From assembly GCF_030684315.1 (NCBI RefSeq), contig NC_081365.1, positions 72,781,603-72,845,602 on the forward strand: a stretch of 64,000 nt of DNA, read 5' to 3'. The notes under the pieces are model-generated. The model was not told the DNA's origin. It saw only the letters and a list, made by a program, of their open reading frames with translations, and searched no databases. The position numbers were made by a program, and so were the translations under genes. Positions 63,548-64,000 of the stretch are shown one piece after another (position 1 is the first letter of the stretch; the number at the start of each line of letters is the position of its first letter). The DNA comes from Stegostoma tigrinum. Lineage: Eukaryota.

Positions 63548-63605
63548 GCAACTGCTGTGTATCAAGCCAAAGAGAAATTAAAATCGATAGAGAAAGCAAG
63601 AAAAG
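63548..63605 (+). CDS. MED4: MED4 exon 4 (58 nt; gene continues beyond window end)
   Basis: ATAVYQAKEKLKSIEKARK(G), matching the human sequence as recalled; acceptor ttttcag, donor gtagac. Confidence 0.97.
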
Positions 63606-63719
63606 GTAGACATTTTCAACTGGAAAGAAACTTTGAACCATTGCAGTTACTGAACTGCAAAGACAATTAACAAAGGTCTAATAATAAGACTTATTTCTGA
63701 ATGAAGTTGTGATAATTAG

Positions 63720-64000
63720 AACACAGAATATAAGAACTAGGAGCTGGATTAGGCAGTTCTCTGTGAGCTTACTCTGCCATTTAATGAAATCAGTCTCTTT
63801 AATTTCATTTCAGCCTCAATTCCACTTTACTGCCCGCTCTCCAAAATCCTTCATCCCATCACGACTTAAAAATCTGTCCATTGGCTTCTTAAATTTACTT
63901 AATATCCCAAGATCCACTGCACTCTGACGTAGTGAATTTCACAGATTGACAAGACTTTGAGAGAAGTAATTTCTACTTGTCTGCTTTAAATATGCTATAC
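63720..64000 (-). mobile_element. CR1 3' tail fragment
   Basis: ataagaactaggagc...gaatttcacagatt...tttgagagaagtaatttct pattern. Confidence 0.65.

Overview
Vertebrate genomic DNA, most likely a shark (inferred from protein divergence and the repeat complement: HE1-like tRNA SINEs, CR1, Rex1-type LINEs, Penelope elements). It carries the conserved RB1-ITM2B-MED4 block: RB1 coding exons 1-4 on the minus strand (gene runs off the left edge), a complete 6-exon ITM2B on the minus strand (260 aa), and MED4 coding exons 1-4 on the plus strand (runs off the right edge). All exons were placed by hand with GT-AG junctions and consistent phases. The rest is intron/intergenic DNA rich in retroelement fragments. 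I found no new protein-coding system. The best leads are non-coding: (1) many short, TSD-flanked, Penelope-derived mini-elements carrying minimal hammerhead-ribozyme cores; (2) a 307-bp-arm, about 99% identical palindrome between the divergent ITM2B and MED4 promoters; (3) a 190-bp inverted duplication in RB1 intron 1 with a nested 30-bp micro-inversion; (4) an ETS/ATF/E2F module matching the mammalian RB1 promoter; (5) a solo-LTR-like element pointing at the RB1 promoter. Boundaries of old repeats are approximate, and comparisons to human genes are from memory, not database searches.
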